Below are positions 9,156 to 17,038 of a stretch of 64,000 nt of DNA, in pieces; within the stretch, counting starts at the first letter, position 1; each line of letters opens with the position of its first letter. A model generated the notes under the pieces. That model was not told the origin of the DNA, made no database searches, and was given only the letters and a program-made list of their open reading frames with translations. Location of the stretch: contig NZ_CANMNI010000001.1 in assembly GCF_947499215.1 (NCBI RefSeq), forward strand, positions 1,319,523 through 1,383,522. Reading direction: 5' to 3'. The position numbers and the translations under genes are program-made. The DNA comes from an uncultured Pontibacter sp. Lineage in GTDB: Bacteria; Bacteroidota; Bacteroidia; Cytophagales; Hymenobacteraceae.

Positions 9156-10073
9156 ATGAAAACGATAAACCCGAAAGAAACGAAAACGGCGGAGGTGCAT
9201 GCTTTATTGCTTGGGGCGATTGCGCCGCGGCCGATTGCTTTTGCCAGCACCATGGATGAGGAGGGCAATGTGAACCTGAGTCCTTTTAGTTTCTTCAACG
9301 TGTTTAGCGCTAAACCTCCAATCGTGGTCTTCTCCCCCGCTCGCCGTGTGCGTGACAATACGAGCAAGCATACACTGGAGAATGTGATTAATACAAAGGA
9401 GGTGGTTATTAATATCTGCAACTATGATATAGTGGAGCAGATGTCGCTTGCCAGCACGGAATACGATAAAGGAATAAATGAGTTCATTAAGTCCGGCTTA
9501 ACACCTGAGCCCTCGGCAATGGTGAAGCCCCCTTACGTGAAAGAAGCACCTGTAGCCATGGAGTGCCGGGTAAACGAGGTGATTAGTTTAGGGCCAGAAG
9601 GCGGGGCTGGTAACCTCGTGATCTGTGAAGTGCTTCTCTTACATGTAAATGAGCATATTCTAGACGAGCAGGGCAAAATAGACCCTTACAAACTGGATGC
9701 TGTGGCCCGTATGGGCGGTGACTATTACCTGCGCGCAAACGGCGATTGTATTTTCGAGCTTCCAAAGCCCATCCGCAACAAAGGTATCGGCGTAGACCAA
9801 ATCCCAGCACACATACGCAACAGCAGCATCCTAACTGGCAACAACCTCGCCCGCTTGGGTAATACAGAGGTGATGCCTAGCGCTGAGGAAGTAGAAGCTT
9901 TTAAGGCTGATCCGTTGGTGAGCTATACATTGAATAAGTATAATGAAGACAAGGAGAAAATGCGGCAAGAGTTGGAGCTGCTAGGAAAGAAGCTACTGGA
10001 AGATAATCAGGTGCAGGAGGCGTGGAAGGTTTTGATGCTAATTGCTGATGTTGATTGTTTGTTGCACGGTTAA
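9156..10073 (+). CDS. flavin reductase-like (FMN-binding split-barrel) domain protein
   Basis: 305-aa ORF. N-terminal LLLGAIAPRPIAFAST...NLSPFSFFN matches the Flavin_Reduct-type domain. Confidence 0.75.
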   Translation: MKTINPKETKTAEVHALLLGAIAPRPIAFASTMDEEGNVNLSPFSFFNVFSAKPPIVVFSPARRVRDNTSKHTLENVINTKEVVINICNYDIVEQMSLASTEYDKGINEFIKSGLTPEPSAMVKPPYVKEAPVAMECRVNEVISLGPEGGAGNLVICEVLLLHVNEHILDEQGKIDPYKLDAVARMGGDYYLRANGDCIFELPKPIRNKGIGVDQIPAHIRNSSILTGNNLARLGNTEVMPSAEEVEAFKADPLVSYTLNKYNEDKEKMRQELELLGKKLLEDNQVQEAWKVLMLIADVDCLLHG

Positions 10074-10136
10074 CCCACCCCTGCCCCTCCCAAGAAGGGA
10101 TTTCGGTGCACGATTCGGACAGGTCGCAACCTGTCC

Positions 10137-10895
10137 CTACAGGGAATCTATCTCCCTTACTTCTATTTCTTCTAAGATAATCTCCGACACCTTCTCCATC
10201 TTGCCTGCTTCGAAGGCGCGGTCGTAGTTCTCGAGTGGTGTATCCTCCTTTAAGGTATAATTCACATAATCTTGAAACAGGACACCGCCGACGGTGCGGG
10301 GGTTGATGGCTTCGCGGAAGCGGGTGCCGCCGTCGTTTTCCTGAAATGAGTAAGCGAGGTAGTCCATGGTGTTGCGCTCTTGGTGGAACCAGTAGACGTA
10401 CACATCCTGATAACCCTCACCGCCACCTTCCTGCGCAAAGGTCACCCGCACTTTGTGGTAGGGTTCGCCTTTGATGGTCATCTCACCAAGATACTCTTTG
10501 CGAACTGCCTCATCATTGAGGGCATAAGGCAACAGGGCAAAGTAAATAACAGAGTTTACAGAGGCAGTAAAGGCTTTTTGCCTTTCTTCAGGCAGCTCTA
10601 CCTCCACATCATTCACGGTACGGTTAAAGCCACTATTGCGCCACACATCGCGCACCTGCTGGCCAGTAGAATCGGTGAAAGTGCGGCTATACACAAACAC
10701 TCCGCCATCGCGCAAGGCACGGTACTGCCTGTCCCGAAACATAAAGCTGATCGCGCTTTTCTCATACCGCTCCCCCCCATGCGCCGCGATCGCCTCATCC
10801 ACGATCCGCTGCGCATCCGGCTGCTTTTCGGTTTGGCAGGAGGTAATGGTGAAAAGAAATAGGGCTAATAAGGTATAGAGAGCTTTGTATAGCAT
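10137..10895 (-). CDS. hypothetical lipoprotein
   Basis: ORF 10137-10922. The internal ATG at 10893-10895 gives the lipoprotein signal MLYKALYTLLALFLFTITSC. No recognised catalytic motif. Confidence 0.6.
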   Translation of the reverse strand: MLYKALYTLLALFLFTITSCQTEKQPDAQRIVDEAIAAHGGERYEKSAISFMFRDRQYRALRDGGVFVYSRTFTDSTGQQVRDVWRNSGFNRTVNDVEVELPEERQKAFTASVNSVIYFALLPYALNDEAVRKEYLGEMTIKGEPYHKVRVTFAQEGGGEGYQDVYVYWFHQERNTMDYLAYSFQENDGGTRFREAINPRTVGGVLFQDYVNYTLKEDTPLENYDRAFEAGKMEKVSEIILEEIEVREIDSL

Positions 10896-10945
10896 GTTGT
10901 GATGGGTTTGTTTGAAGGGCAAGATACGAAATTGCCGGCCAATTT

Positions 10946-11163
10946 ATCCAACCACCCCTAACCCCTCCTTGTCTAAGGCGGGGAATTTTACTTACTGCTT
11001 CTCCCTATCTTACTAATAGTAGCCGATCTTTTAGTAGCCGATCTTTACTTAATATACTTAGAGCAACACATATTTAAGCAGTAACTATAAAATTTAGATC
11101 CAGCTAAGTGAATAGCAGGTTCCCCGCCTTAGACAAGGAGGGGTTAGGGGTGGTTGGATCCGG
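10946..11163. repeat. MITE-like element, repeat family B (about 41-bp terminal inverted repeats ATCCAACCACCCCTAACCCCTCCTTGTCTAAGGCGGGGAA)
   Basis: Left arm 10946-10986 and right arm 11120-11163 are reverse complements of each other. The arms are near-identical to those at 12123-12350, but the interior is unrelated. Confidence 0.8.
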
Positions 11164-11239
11164 CATCTGCAAAAACCCCGTGTCTCTTTTTAATCCTAAG
11201 AATCCCTAGAATAGGGGCCCTATGCGGTGATTCAGACAA

Positions 11240-11276
11240 ACAAAAAACCCTCCCCTGTTTTTAGGGGAGGGTTTGA
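11240..11276 (-). terminator. rho-independent terminator of yceI copy 1
   Basis: aaaccctcccct / aggggagggttt stem, followed on the minus strand by a T-run. Confidence 0.8.
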
Positions 11277-11309
11277 TTGGGTTTCTCCTGCTTGGGGAGT
11301 TAATTCCAA

Positions 11310-11972
11310 TTACTGCTTTGCTGTAATATCCAAGCTTACAGTAAAGTTATCTTCAATGGCTTTGTCGCCTAGGTTGTCAAAGAAGCTGTTAGACCCGTAG
11401 CGCACATCGTATTTAGCACGGTCAACGATCACGTCGGCTTTGGCAGTTGCTACGCCATTCTCCACGTTCACTGTAGCCGGGAAGCTTACCGGATTTGTTT
11501 TGCCTTTGATGGTCAGGTCGCCTTCCACGTTATAGTTCGGCTGACCGGCAGCTGCATCGGCAATCGGGCTGATACTATTGATTTTGAAAGTTGCGGTTGG
11601 GTGCTTCTCCACTCCAAAGAAATCATCTGACTTCAAATGGCCTACCAAATCGCTGTTATACTTGGCGTCCGTTAAATCGGTGTTGGTGATAGAAGCCATA
11701 TCGATGGTAAATTCACCACCTACTACTTGGTTATCAGCCACAACCAACTCGCCGTTCTGCAGATTGATGTTGCCCGAGTGCTCGCCACCCACTTTCTTAC
11801 CGTTCCAAGTAATATCGCTTTCAGCCGGAACCACGGCATAGGCCTCACCATCGGCAGCAGTTACCGCCTCTGTTGTTACGGCATTGGTTTCAGTTGTTGT
11901 TGAGTTGCTGTCGCTGCAGGATGTAAATAAAAACACCGCGGCCATTGAAGCTAAAATTGCTGTCTTTTTCAT
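11310..11972 (-). CDS. YceI-family (polyisoprenoid-binding) periplasmic lipoprotein, copy 1
   Basis: 220-aa ORF with signal plus Cys (FLFTSC) and HLKSDDFFGVEKHPTATF, typical of the YceI domain. Confidence 0.85.
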   Translation of the reverse strand: MKKTAILASMAAVFLFTSCSDSNSTTTETNAVTTEAVTAADGEAYAVVPAESDITWNGKKVGGEHSGNINLQNGELVVADNQVVGGEFTIDMASITNTDLTDAKYNSDLVGHLKSDDFFGVEKHPTATFKINSISPIADAAAGQPNYNVEGDLTIKGKTNPVSFPATVNVENGVATAKADVIVDRAKYDVRYGSNSFFDNLGDKAIEDNFTVSLDITAKQ

Positions 11973-12024
11973 GTTGATTCTAGTTTTAAAATAAAGGTTG
12001 TTCTCTCTAAGGAGCTACAAATCT

Positions 12025-12048
12025 AATGTATATACATTAATTGTACAA
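12025..12048. promoter_or_regulatory. candidate operator: perfect 14-bp palindrome AATGTATATACATT followed by the palindrome TTGTACAA
   Basis: Located 50-75 bp upstream of the yceI copy 1 start. A related TATGTACATA palindrome lies in the marR / cytochrome c divergent region (13748-13757). Confidence 0.35.
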
Positions 12049-12122
12049 ACATAGTTCATGTTTTTTTGTTTGAATTTTCAAATTAGCCCTTTACCCTCGG
12101 ATTTTCAGGATTTACGCAGTGG

Positions 12123-12350
12123 CCGGATCCAACCACCCCTAACCCCTCCTTGTCTAAGGCGGGGAATCTGTTGTTGTCACAGCTTAATTTTATGTTCTAT
12201 AGTTGATACTTACATAAGAAGCTAATGCTTACATAACTACGGCTTATGATTCTCTTAAATAGATAGTAGTTGCGATGGGTAAAGTAAAAAGAAGTGGTAA
12301 GTAAAATTCCCCGCCTTAGACAAGGAGGGGTTAGGGGTGGTTGGATCCGG
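12123..12350. repeat. MITE-like element, repeat family B (perfect 45-bp terminal inverted repeats)
   Basis: ccggatccaaccacccctaacccctccttgtctaaggcggggaat (12123-12167) is the exact reverse complement of 12306-12350. Confidence 0.85.
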
Positions 12351-12355
12351 TAAAT

Positions 12356-12390
12356 ATAAAAAAACCCCCTCCTGTTTTTAGGAGGGGGAT
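12356..12390 (-). terminator. rho-independent terminator of yceI copy 2
   Basis: ccccctcc / ggaggggg stem with a T-run on the minus strand. Confidence 0.8.
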
Positions 12391-12420
12391 TAGGGAGGTT
12401 AATCCTAGAAGAAGGATTCC

Positions 12421-13080
12421 TTAACTATTCGTCAGCTTTGCCTTCACATTCAAGCTCACCGTAAATTCATCATAAATAGCCTTATCACCCAAGTTCTCGA
12501 AGAAGTTGCTAGAGCGGTAGCGAATGTCATATTTCGTGCGGTCTACGGTCACGTCGGCTTTAGCGGAAGCAACGCCGTCTTTTATAGTAACAGTAGCCGG
12601 GAAGCTTACCGGGTTGGTAATGCCTTTAATGGTTAAGTTTCCTTTCACATTGTAGTTAGGCTGTCCGGCTGCGGCTTTAGCGATCGGAGTGGCTTCGGTT
12701 ATGGTAAATGTAGCCGTTGGGTGCTTCTCTACGCCGAAGAAGTCATCAGACTTCAAGTGGCCAACCAGTTTCCCGTTAGAGCCAGCATCCTTTATGTCGG
12801 CGCAGGTGATAGATGACATGTCTATCACAAAATTGCCACCGGTCAGTTTGTTCCTGTCTACCTGCAGTTGACCGCTCTTGAGCGTTATATCGCCATAGTG
12901 CTCGCCTGTCATTTTCTTGGCATGCCATTTTACTTCGCTGGCATCAGTAGCCACATGATAGGTACGGACCTTTGCAGCGGCAACTACCTCAGTGGTGTTC
13001 GGTTCGGTAATTGAGCTGCCCGTAAAGGCTGAAAGCATCAGCGCTGCTGCAAGCGATGCCAGAATTGCGGTTTTCTTCAT
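12421..13080 (-). CDS. YceI-family protein, copy 2 (tandem paralogue)
   Basis: 219-aa ORF with the same HLKSDDFFGVEKHPTATF / GQPNYNV / NPVSFPATV blocks as copy 1. Confidence 0.85.
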   Translation of the reverse strand: MKKTAILASLAAALMLSAFTGSSITEPNTTEVVAAAKVRTYHVATDASEVKWHAKKMTGEHYGDITLKSGQLQVDRNKLTGGNFVIDMSSITCADIKDAGSNGKLVGHLKSDDFFGVEKHPTATFTITEATPIAKAAAGQPNYNVKGNLTIKGITNPVSFPATVTIKDGVASAKADVTVDRTKYDIRYRSSNFFENLGDKAIYDEFTVSLNVKAKLTNS

Positions 13081-13223
13081 GGTTGGTTAATTTATAGAAT
13101 TGTTGATGGTTGGAGGGTTAAATTGACAAATGGTTTAATTGCTATGATTTCAATTTTATACTGCCATGGACTACGACATTACAGCTAATGCGACGTCACG
13201 GTGTAACGTCGGTACAAATCCTT

Positions 13224-13673
13224 CTATCCTCTAATTTTATCCAGCAGCTGGCTTAGCTGCAGGGCTTCTTCGTCTGACAGATTCGTAATTCCGGTTCCCT
13301 TCCCTCCTTCCAGTTCATCCATTTGCTTGAGCAACCCCAATCCTTTTTCAGTGATCAGGACATCGACGGTTCGACGGTCATGCAGGCACTGCTGTCGGGT
13401 GACGAGCTCCTTTGCCACCAGTTTGTCCACAATACGCGATGCATTGGAGGTTTTGTCCAGCATACGCTCGATTAACAAACTAACTGTGGCTGGCTTCGGA
13501 TATTGTCCGCGCAAGATACGCAGGATGTTGTATTGTGGCAGCGTCACGCCAAAGGGTTTGAACTGAGTACCCTGCTCCTGCTCCAACCAGCCGGCCGTGT
13601 ACACCAAATTGATGTATGCCTTTTGATGCGGGCTCCTGAAAGCAGGCTGTTTTATCTCTTCTTCTATTTTCAT
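13224..13673 (-). CDS. MarR-family transcriptional regulator
   Basis: 149-aa ORF with a winged-HTH segment (LPQYNILRIL...SNASRIVDKLVAKELV.R....DRR). Confidence 0.85.
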   Translation of the reverse strand: MKIEEEIKQPAFRSPHQKAYINLVYTAGWLEQEQGTQFKPFGVTLPQYNILRILRGQYPKPATVSLLIERMLDKTSNASRIVDKLVAKELVTRQQCLHDRRTVDVLITEKGLGLLKQMDELEGGKGTGITNLSDEEALQLSQLLDKIRG

Positions 13674-13943
13674 GAAAATCTATTTTAAAGGTGTCTTACA
13701 GGCCGGGATGATTAATACAGAAAAAAACCAGTTGACCATTGCAAATATATGTACATACATTTAATATAGGTGCATGGTTCATCTTTTTACTCTTTTTATT
13801 CTGGCTTTTACCCGCTGATTTTGTGCCGATACTCAAATTATAGGATAATCACTATTTACAACTTGATTTTAATAATATTTATTTCAAATATTACTTTTCA
13901 ATGCAGTATTGCGACTAACTCTAAACCTTATACCTATCCCATT

Positions 13944-14951
13944 ATGAATAAAGCTCTTAAAATCGTTGGCATTTTGGTTGTGGCGCTATTAGTGGTAGTG
14001 GCTGCTGGGGTTGTTTATCTGCGCTATACCTTCCCTAAAGTGGATGCAGCGCCTGTTATTTCCATTGAGAAAACACCTGCTTTGGTGGAACGGGGCGAAT
14101 ACTTAGCTCATCATGTGGCTGTCTGCATAGACTGTCACTCAACACGCGACTTCTCACGCTTTTCAGGCCCCATTGTAGAGGGTACTTTTGGCAAGGGTGG
14201 CGATGTGTTTGACCATTCAATGGGATTTCCGGGTACTTTCTACGCCCGAAACATTACTTCAGACAAAGAAACAGGTATAGGCAACTGGACAGACGGCGAG
14301 GTATACCGCGCTATAACTACCGGGGTTAGCCAAAACGGGGATCCTTTATTTCCGGTAATGCCCTACAAAGCCTATGCAAACATGACCACGAATGATGCGT
14401 ACGCCATTGTTTCCTACATCCGCACCCTTAATCCTATTGAACATAAAGTCCCAAAGTCTGAGCCTGACTTCCCGATGAACCTAATCATGCGCACCATTCC
14501 TTCCGGTAACCCCACTCCTACTGATGAGCGTACTTTGGACGATGAAATGGTGAAAGGCAAATACCTGCTCACCATTGCGGCCTGCACCGAATGCCACACG
14601 CCTCAGGAAAAAGGGCAACCAATCGAAGGCAAGTTTTTAGCAGGAGGCTTTGAGTTTAAGTTTCCCAATGGCGCCGTGGTGCGATCAGTCAACATCACAC
14701 CAGACAAAGAGACAGGTATAGGTAACTGGACGGAAGATGCCTTTGTGCAGCGCTTCAAAAACTATGAGGCGCCTGAAGCCACCGCCAAGCAAATCGATCC
14801 AGATGCCTTCAACACCATTATGCCTTGGGCCATGTATGCCGGTATGAAAGAAGAGGACCTGCGCGCTATCTACAAATACATGATGACCTTAGAGCCAATC
14901 AGCAACAAAGTAGAGCGTTATACCCCGCCGGGCGCTGTTGCCCAAAAGTAA
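13944..14951 (+). CDS. membrane-anchored di-haem cytochrome c
   Basis: Two CxxCH motifs (CIDCH, CTECH). I start at ATG 13944 (MNKALKIVGILVVALLVVVAAG anchor) because the 58 upstream codons of the track ORF are low-complexity and AT-rich. Confidence 0.8.
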   Translation: MNKALKIVGILVVALLVVVAAGVVYLRYTFPKVDAAPVISIEKTPALVERGEYLAHHVAVCIDCHSTRDFSRFSGPIVEGTFGKGGDVFDHSMGFPGTFYARNITSDKETGIGNWTDGEVYRAITTGVSQNGDPLFPVMPYKAYANMTTNDAYAIVSYIRTLNPIEHKVPKSEPDFPMNLIMRTIPSGNPTPTDERTLDDEMVKGKYLLTIAACTECHTPQEKGQPIEGKFLAGGFEFKFPNGAVVRSVNITPDKETGIGNWTEDAFVQRFKNYEAPEATAKQIDPDAFNTIMPWAMYAGMKEEDLRAIYKYMMTLEPISNKVERYTPPGAVAQK

Positions 14952-14989
14952 AGAGTAGCTTTTATACCTGCCATAGCTTATCTTTAGGT

Positions 14990-15490
14990 ATGGACAAGCA
15001 AAATTATTCTACCTACCTGAGCACTCCCCTTGGCCTGCTTCGCATTAGCGGTTCAGAGCAGGGTTTAGCAGAGGTAAAGTTCTGTGAAGAATCGGAGACG
15101 GCTATACCTGAGAAACAGGTGCCGGCATGTTTGCAGGATGCTCAGCGGCAGCTAGAGGAGTATTTTGCGGGCAGCCGCCGTACTTTCGAACTGCGGTTGG
15201 CACCACTGGGCACACCTTTTCAGCAACAGGTATGGCAGGAGTTGCAACTGATCCCTTTTGGCAAGACAAGCAGCTACCTCGCTGTATCCTGTGCGGTATC
15301 CACCGAAAAAGCGATCCGGGCGGTTGGTGCTGCTAACGGGCGCAACCCGCTTTGCATCGTCGTGCCCTGCCACCGCGTGATCGGAAGCGACGGTAGCCTG
15401 ACAGGTTATGCGGGAGGTTTATGGCGCAAAGAATGGCTGCTGCAGCATGAAGGTGTCCTGAAGCCAAGCAAGCAATATTCACTCTTTTAA
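14990..15490 (+). CDS. ogt: methylated-DNA--protein-cysteine methyltransferase
   Basis: PCHRV active-site motif. Start moved to ATG 14990 (MDKQNYSTYL...), because the upstream part of the track ORF overlaps the cytochrome c gene. Confidence 0.85.
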   Translation: MDKQNYSTYLSTPLGLLRISGSEQGLAEVKFCEESETAIPEKQVPACLQDAQRQLEEYFAGSRRTFELRLAPLGTPFQQQVWQELQLIPFGKTSSYLAVSCAVSTEKAIRAVGAANGRNPLCIVVPCHRVIGSDGSLTGYAGGLWRKEWLLQHEGVLKPSKQYSLF

Positions 15491-15550
15491 AAATACCAAA
15501 TTTAACCAAAATACTGCAACCTGTTCACCGTAACACAGTATATAAAAGGT

Positions 15551-15985
15551 ATGCAGTTATCTTATCAAAAAACGGAAACAGAGGAGCACGTTGCCAGTTT
15601 AGGTACGCGCGCATTGGCTGGTTTTCTGGATTTGCTGCTGCTGCTCACGATCATCGGGTTGATTGAATACTATACCGTAAGCAGTGACGAAGAGGCATTT
15701 CTCTTAAAAGTGGAGCGTATTCTGCATCTCATGTTGGGCTGGCTTTATTTTGCAGGTGCGGAGAGCTCGGTTTGGCGCGCCACTATCGGTAAGCACCTTC
15801 TCCAACTCAAGGTAAGCAGCACTTCCGGTAAGCGTATTTCCTTCCGTTGTGCCAGCCTCCGCTACTTACTTAAGCCGATCAGCGTTTTCGTGCTCCTCAT
15901 GCAGGCCATTTCCCAAACGTCTACCACTGCCTATACCCGCCTCTTCCACGACAGGGTCTGCGATACGAAAGTGACCGACTACTAG
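15551..15985 (+). CDS. RDD-family membrane protein
   Basis: 144-aa ORF with RALAGFLDLLLL... and a second transmembrane segment, typical of the RDD domain layout. Confidence 0.65.
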   Translation: MQLSYQKTETEEHVASLGTRALAGFLDLLLLLTIIGLIEYYTVSSDEEAFLLKVERILHLMLGWLYFAGAESSVWRATIGKHLLQLKVSSTSGKRISFRCASLRYLLKPISVFVLLMQAISQTSTTAYTRLFHDRVCDTKVTDY

Positions 15986-15998
15986 CCTAGCGTCTATA

Positions 15999-16577
15999 TT
16001 ATTTAGCAGGAACAGCGGCCCCCACACCAAAAGTCTGCACCTCCAATTTGGCATTATCCTCCGAATCGACAAGGAGCTTGAACAGGTAGCTGTATGCGCT
16101 GTCTGGTATTTCGGCTAAAGGCTTCTCAGCGCCAAAAGCCTCGATAATAGGCAATAGCGTATTGGAGTGACCGGCCACCACCACGGTCTGTCCCCGATGC
16201 TCTCGCAGCAGGCGCTCTTTCAGTCCGTGAAAATCGTGCCCTTCATACTGCACCACTTGGATGTTACGCTCCTGAGAAAGCGGCCCTAAAGTTTGCCCCG
16301 TACGCACGTATTTGGTCGCGTATAGCGCGTGCACTTCCTCCTCAGCTAATAAAGCGCGCAAAGCCTCGGCTCGGGCATGGCCAGCTTCAGTCAGATCAGG
16401 ATCCTCATTGGAGGCGTCGGTGGTGTCTTTTTCGGCATGGCGCACAAGGTATATGGTTGTGAGCTCCTCATTCTGCTGTATGATCTCATCGGAATTCTCC
16501 TGCTCGGCTGTGTTGCTGCACGCAGAGGCCAGTGTAACAAATAGAAAAATGCTGAGAAGACGGGTTAATTGTTTCAT
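15999..16577 (-). CDS. histidine phosphatase family protein (SixA/PGAM-like), secreted or lipoprotein
   Basis: 192-aa ORF with a signal peptide ending LASAC, the RHAEK catalytic motif and a downstream GHSN motif. Confidence 0.8.
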   Translation of the reverse strand: MKQLTRLLSIFLFVTLASACSNTAEQENSDEIIQQNEELTTIYLVRHAEKDTTDASNEDPDLTEAGHARAEALRALLAEEEVHALYATKYVRTGQTLGPLSQERNIQVVQYEGHDFHGLKERLLREHRGQTVVVAGHSNTLLPIIEAFGAEKPLAEIPDSAYSYLFKLLVDSEDNAKLEVQTFGVGAAVPAK

Positions 16578-16705
16578 GTGATGGTGTTTTAAGGTATCGT
16601 GTTGTGAGGAAATAGTTCGTATATGTTAGTTTATGTCCCTTCTTAAAAGCCTTTTGTCTTAGCTAGTGCTTATCCAAGTACGCTCTGCCATTTCCAGCCC
16701 CTTTA

Positions 16706-16999
16706 ACACCCCTGTGGTCCCCTCAAGGGGACAGTTTTATTTTCTGAGACTATCCCCTTGAGGGGATTACAGGGGTGTAACTTATCCCATCACATCATGG
16801 TTACAAAGTTAAAAATGGAGAAAACCAAATTCTCCCCTATAGGACAAGTGAGAACAAGAGTTCGAAACTTGCGAGCGTAGCTCTTAGAGGGGGCGTTGGT
16901 GTTTAGTATAAGACTTTCACAACCATCTTTCCACACCTATGGTCCCCTCAAGGGGATAGTTTTTAGAACTTAAGGCCCTACCCCTAAGGGGATAGTTCC
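16706..16999. repeat. cluster of at least 4 family-A palindromic repeat units
   Basis: Units at 16706-16738, 16749-16779 (inverted), 16932-16964 and a degenerate one at 16977-16999. Also contains the ...gtttagtataagactttcacaac spacer shared with 8966-8998. Confidence 0.85.
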
Positions 17000-17038
17000 C
17001 GCATCATTTCTAACCTTTAATTTGGCGCAGCACGAAGC

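Noticed and set aside
13770-13943. N-terminal extension of the cytochrome c ORF (58 extra codons).
   Set aside because: The extension is AT-rich and low-complexity (…YNLILIIFISNITFQ…) and lies in the marR divergent promoter region. ATG 13944 gives a normal membrane anchor.
16690-17010. Possible CRISPR array, given several ~31-bp repeats close together.
   Set aside because: The units are in mixed orientation with irregular spacing (10 to 150 bp). The same units are dispersed at three other loci. There are no cas genes in the window.
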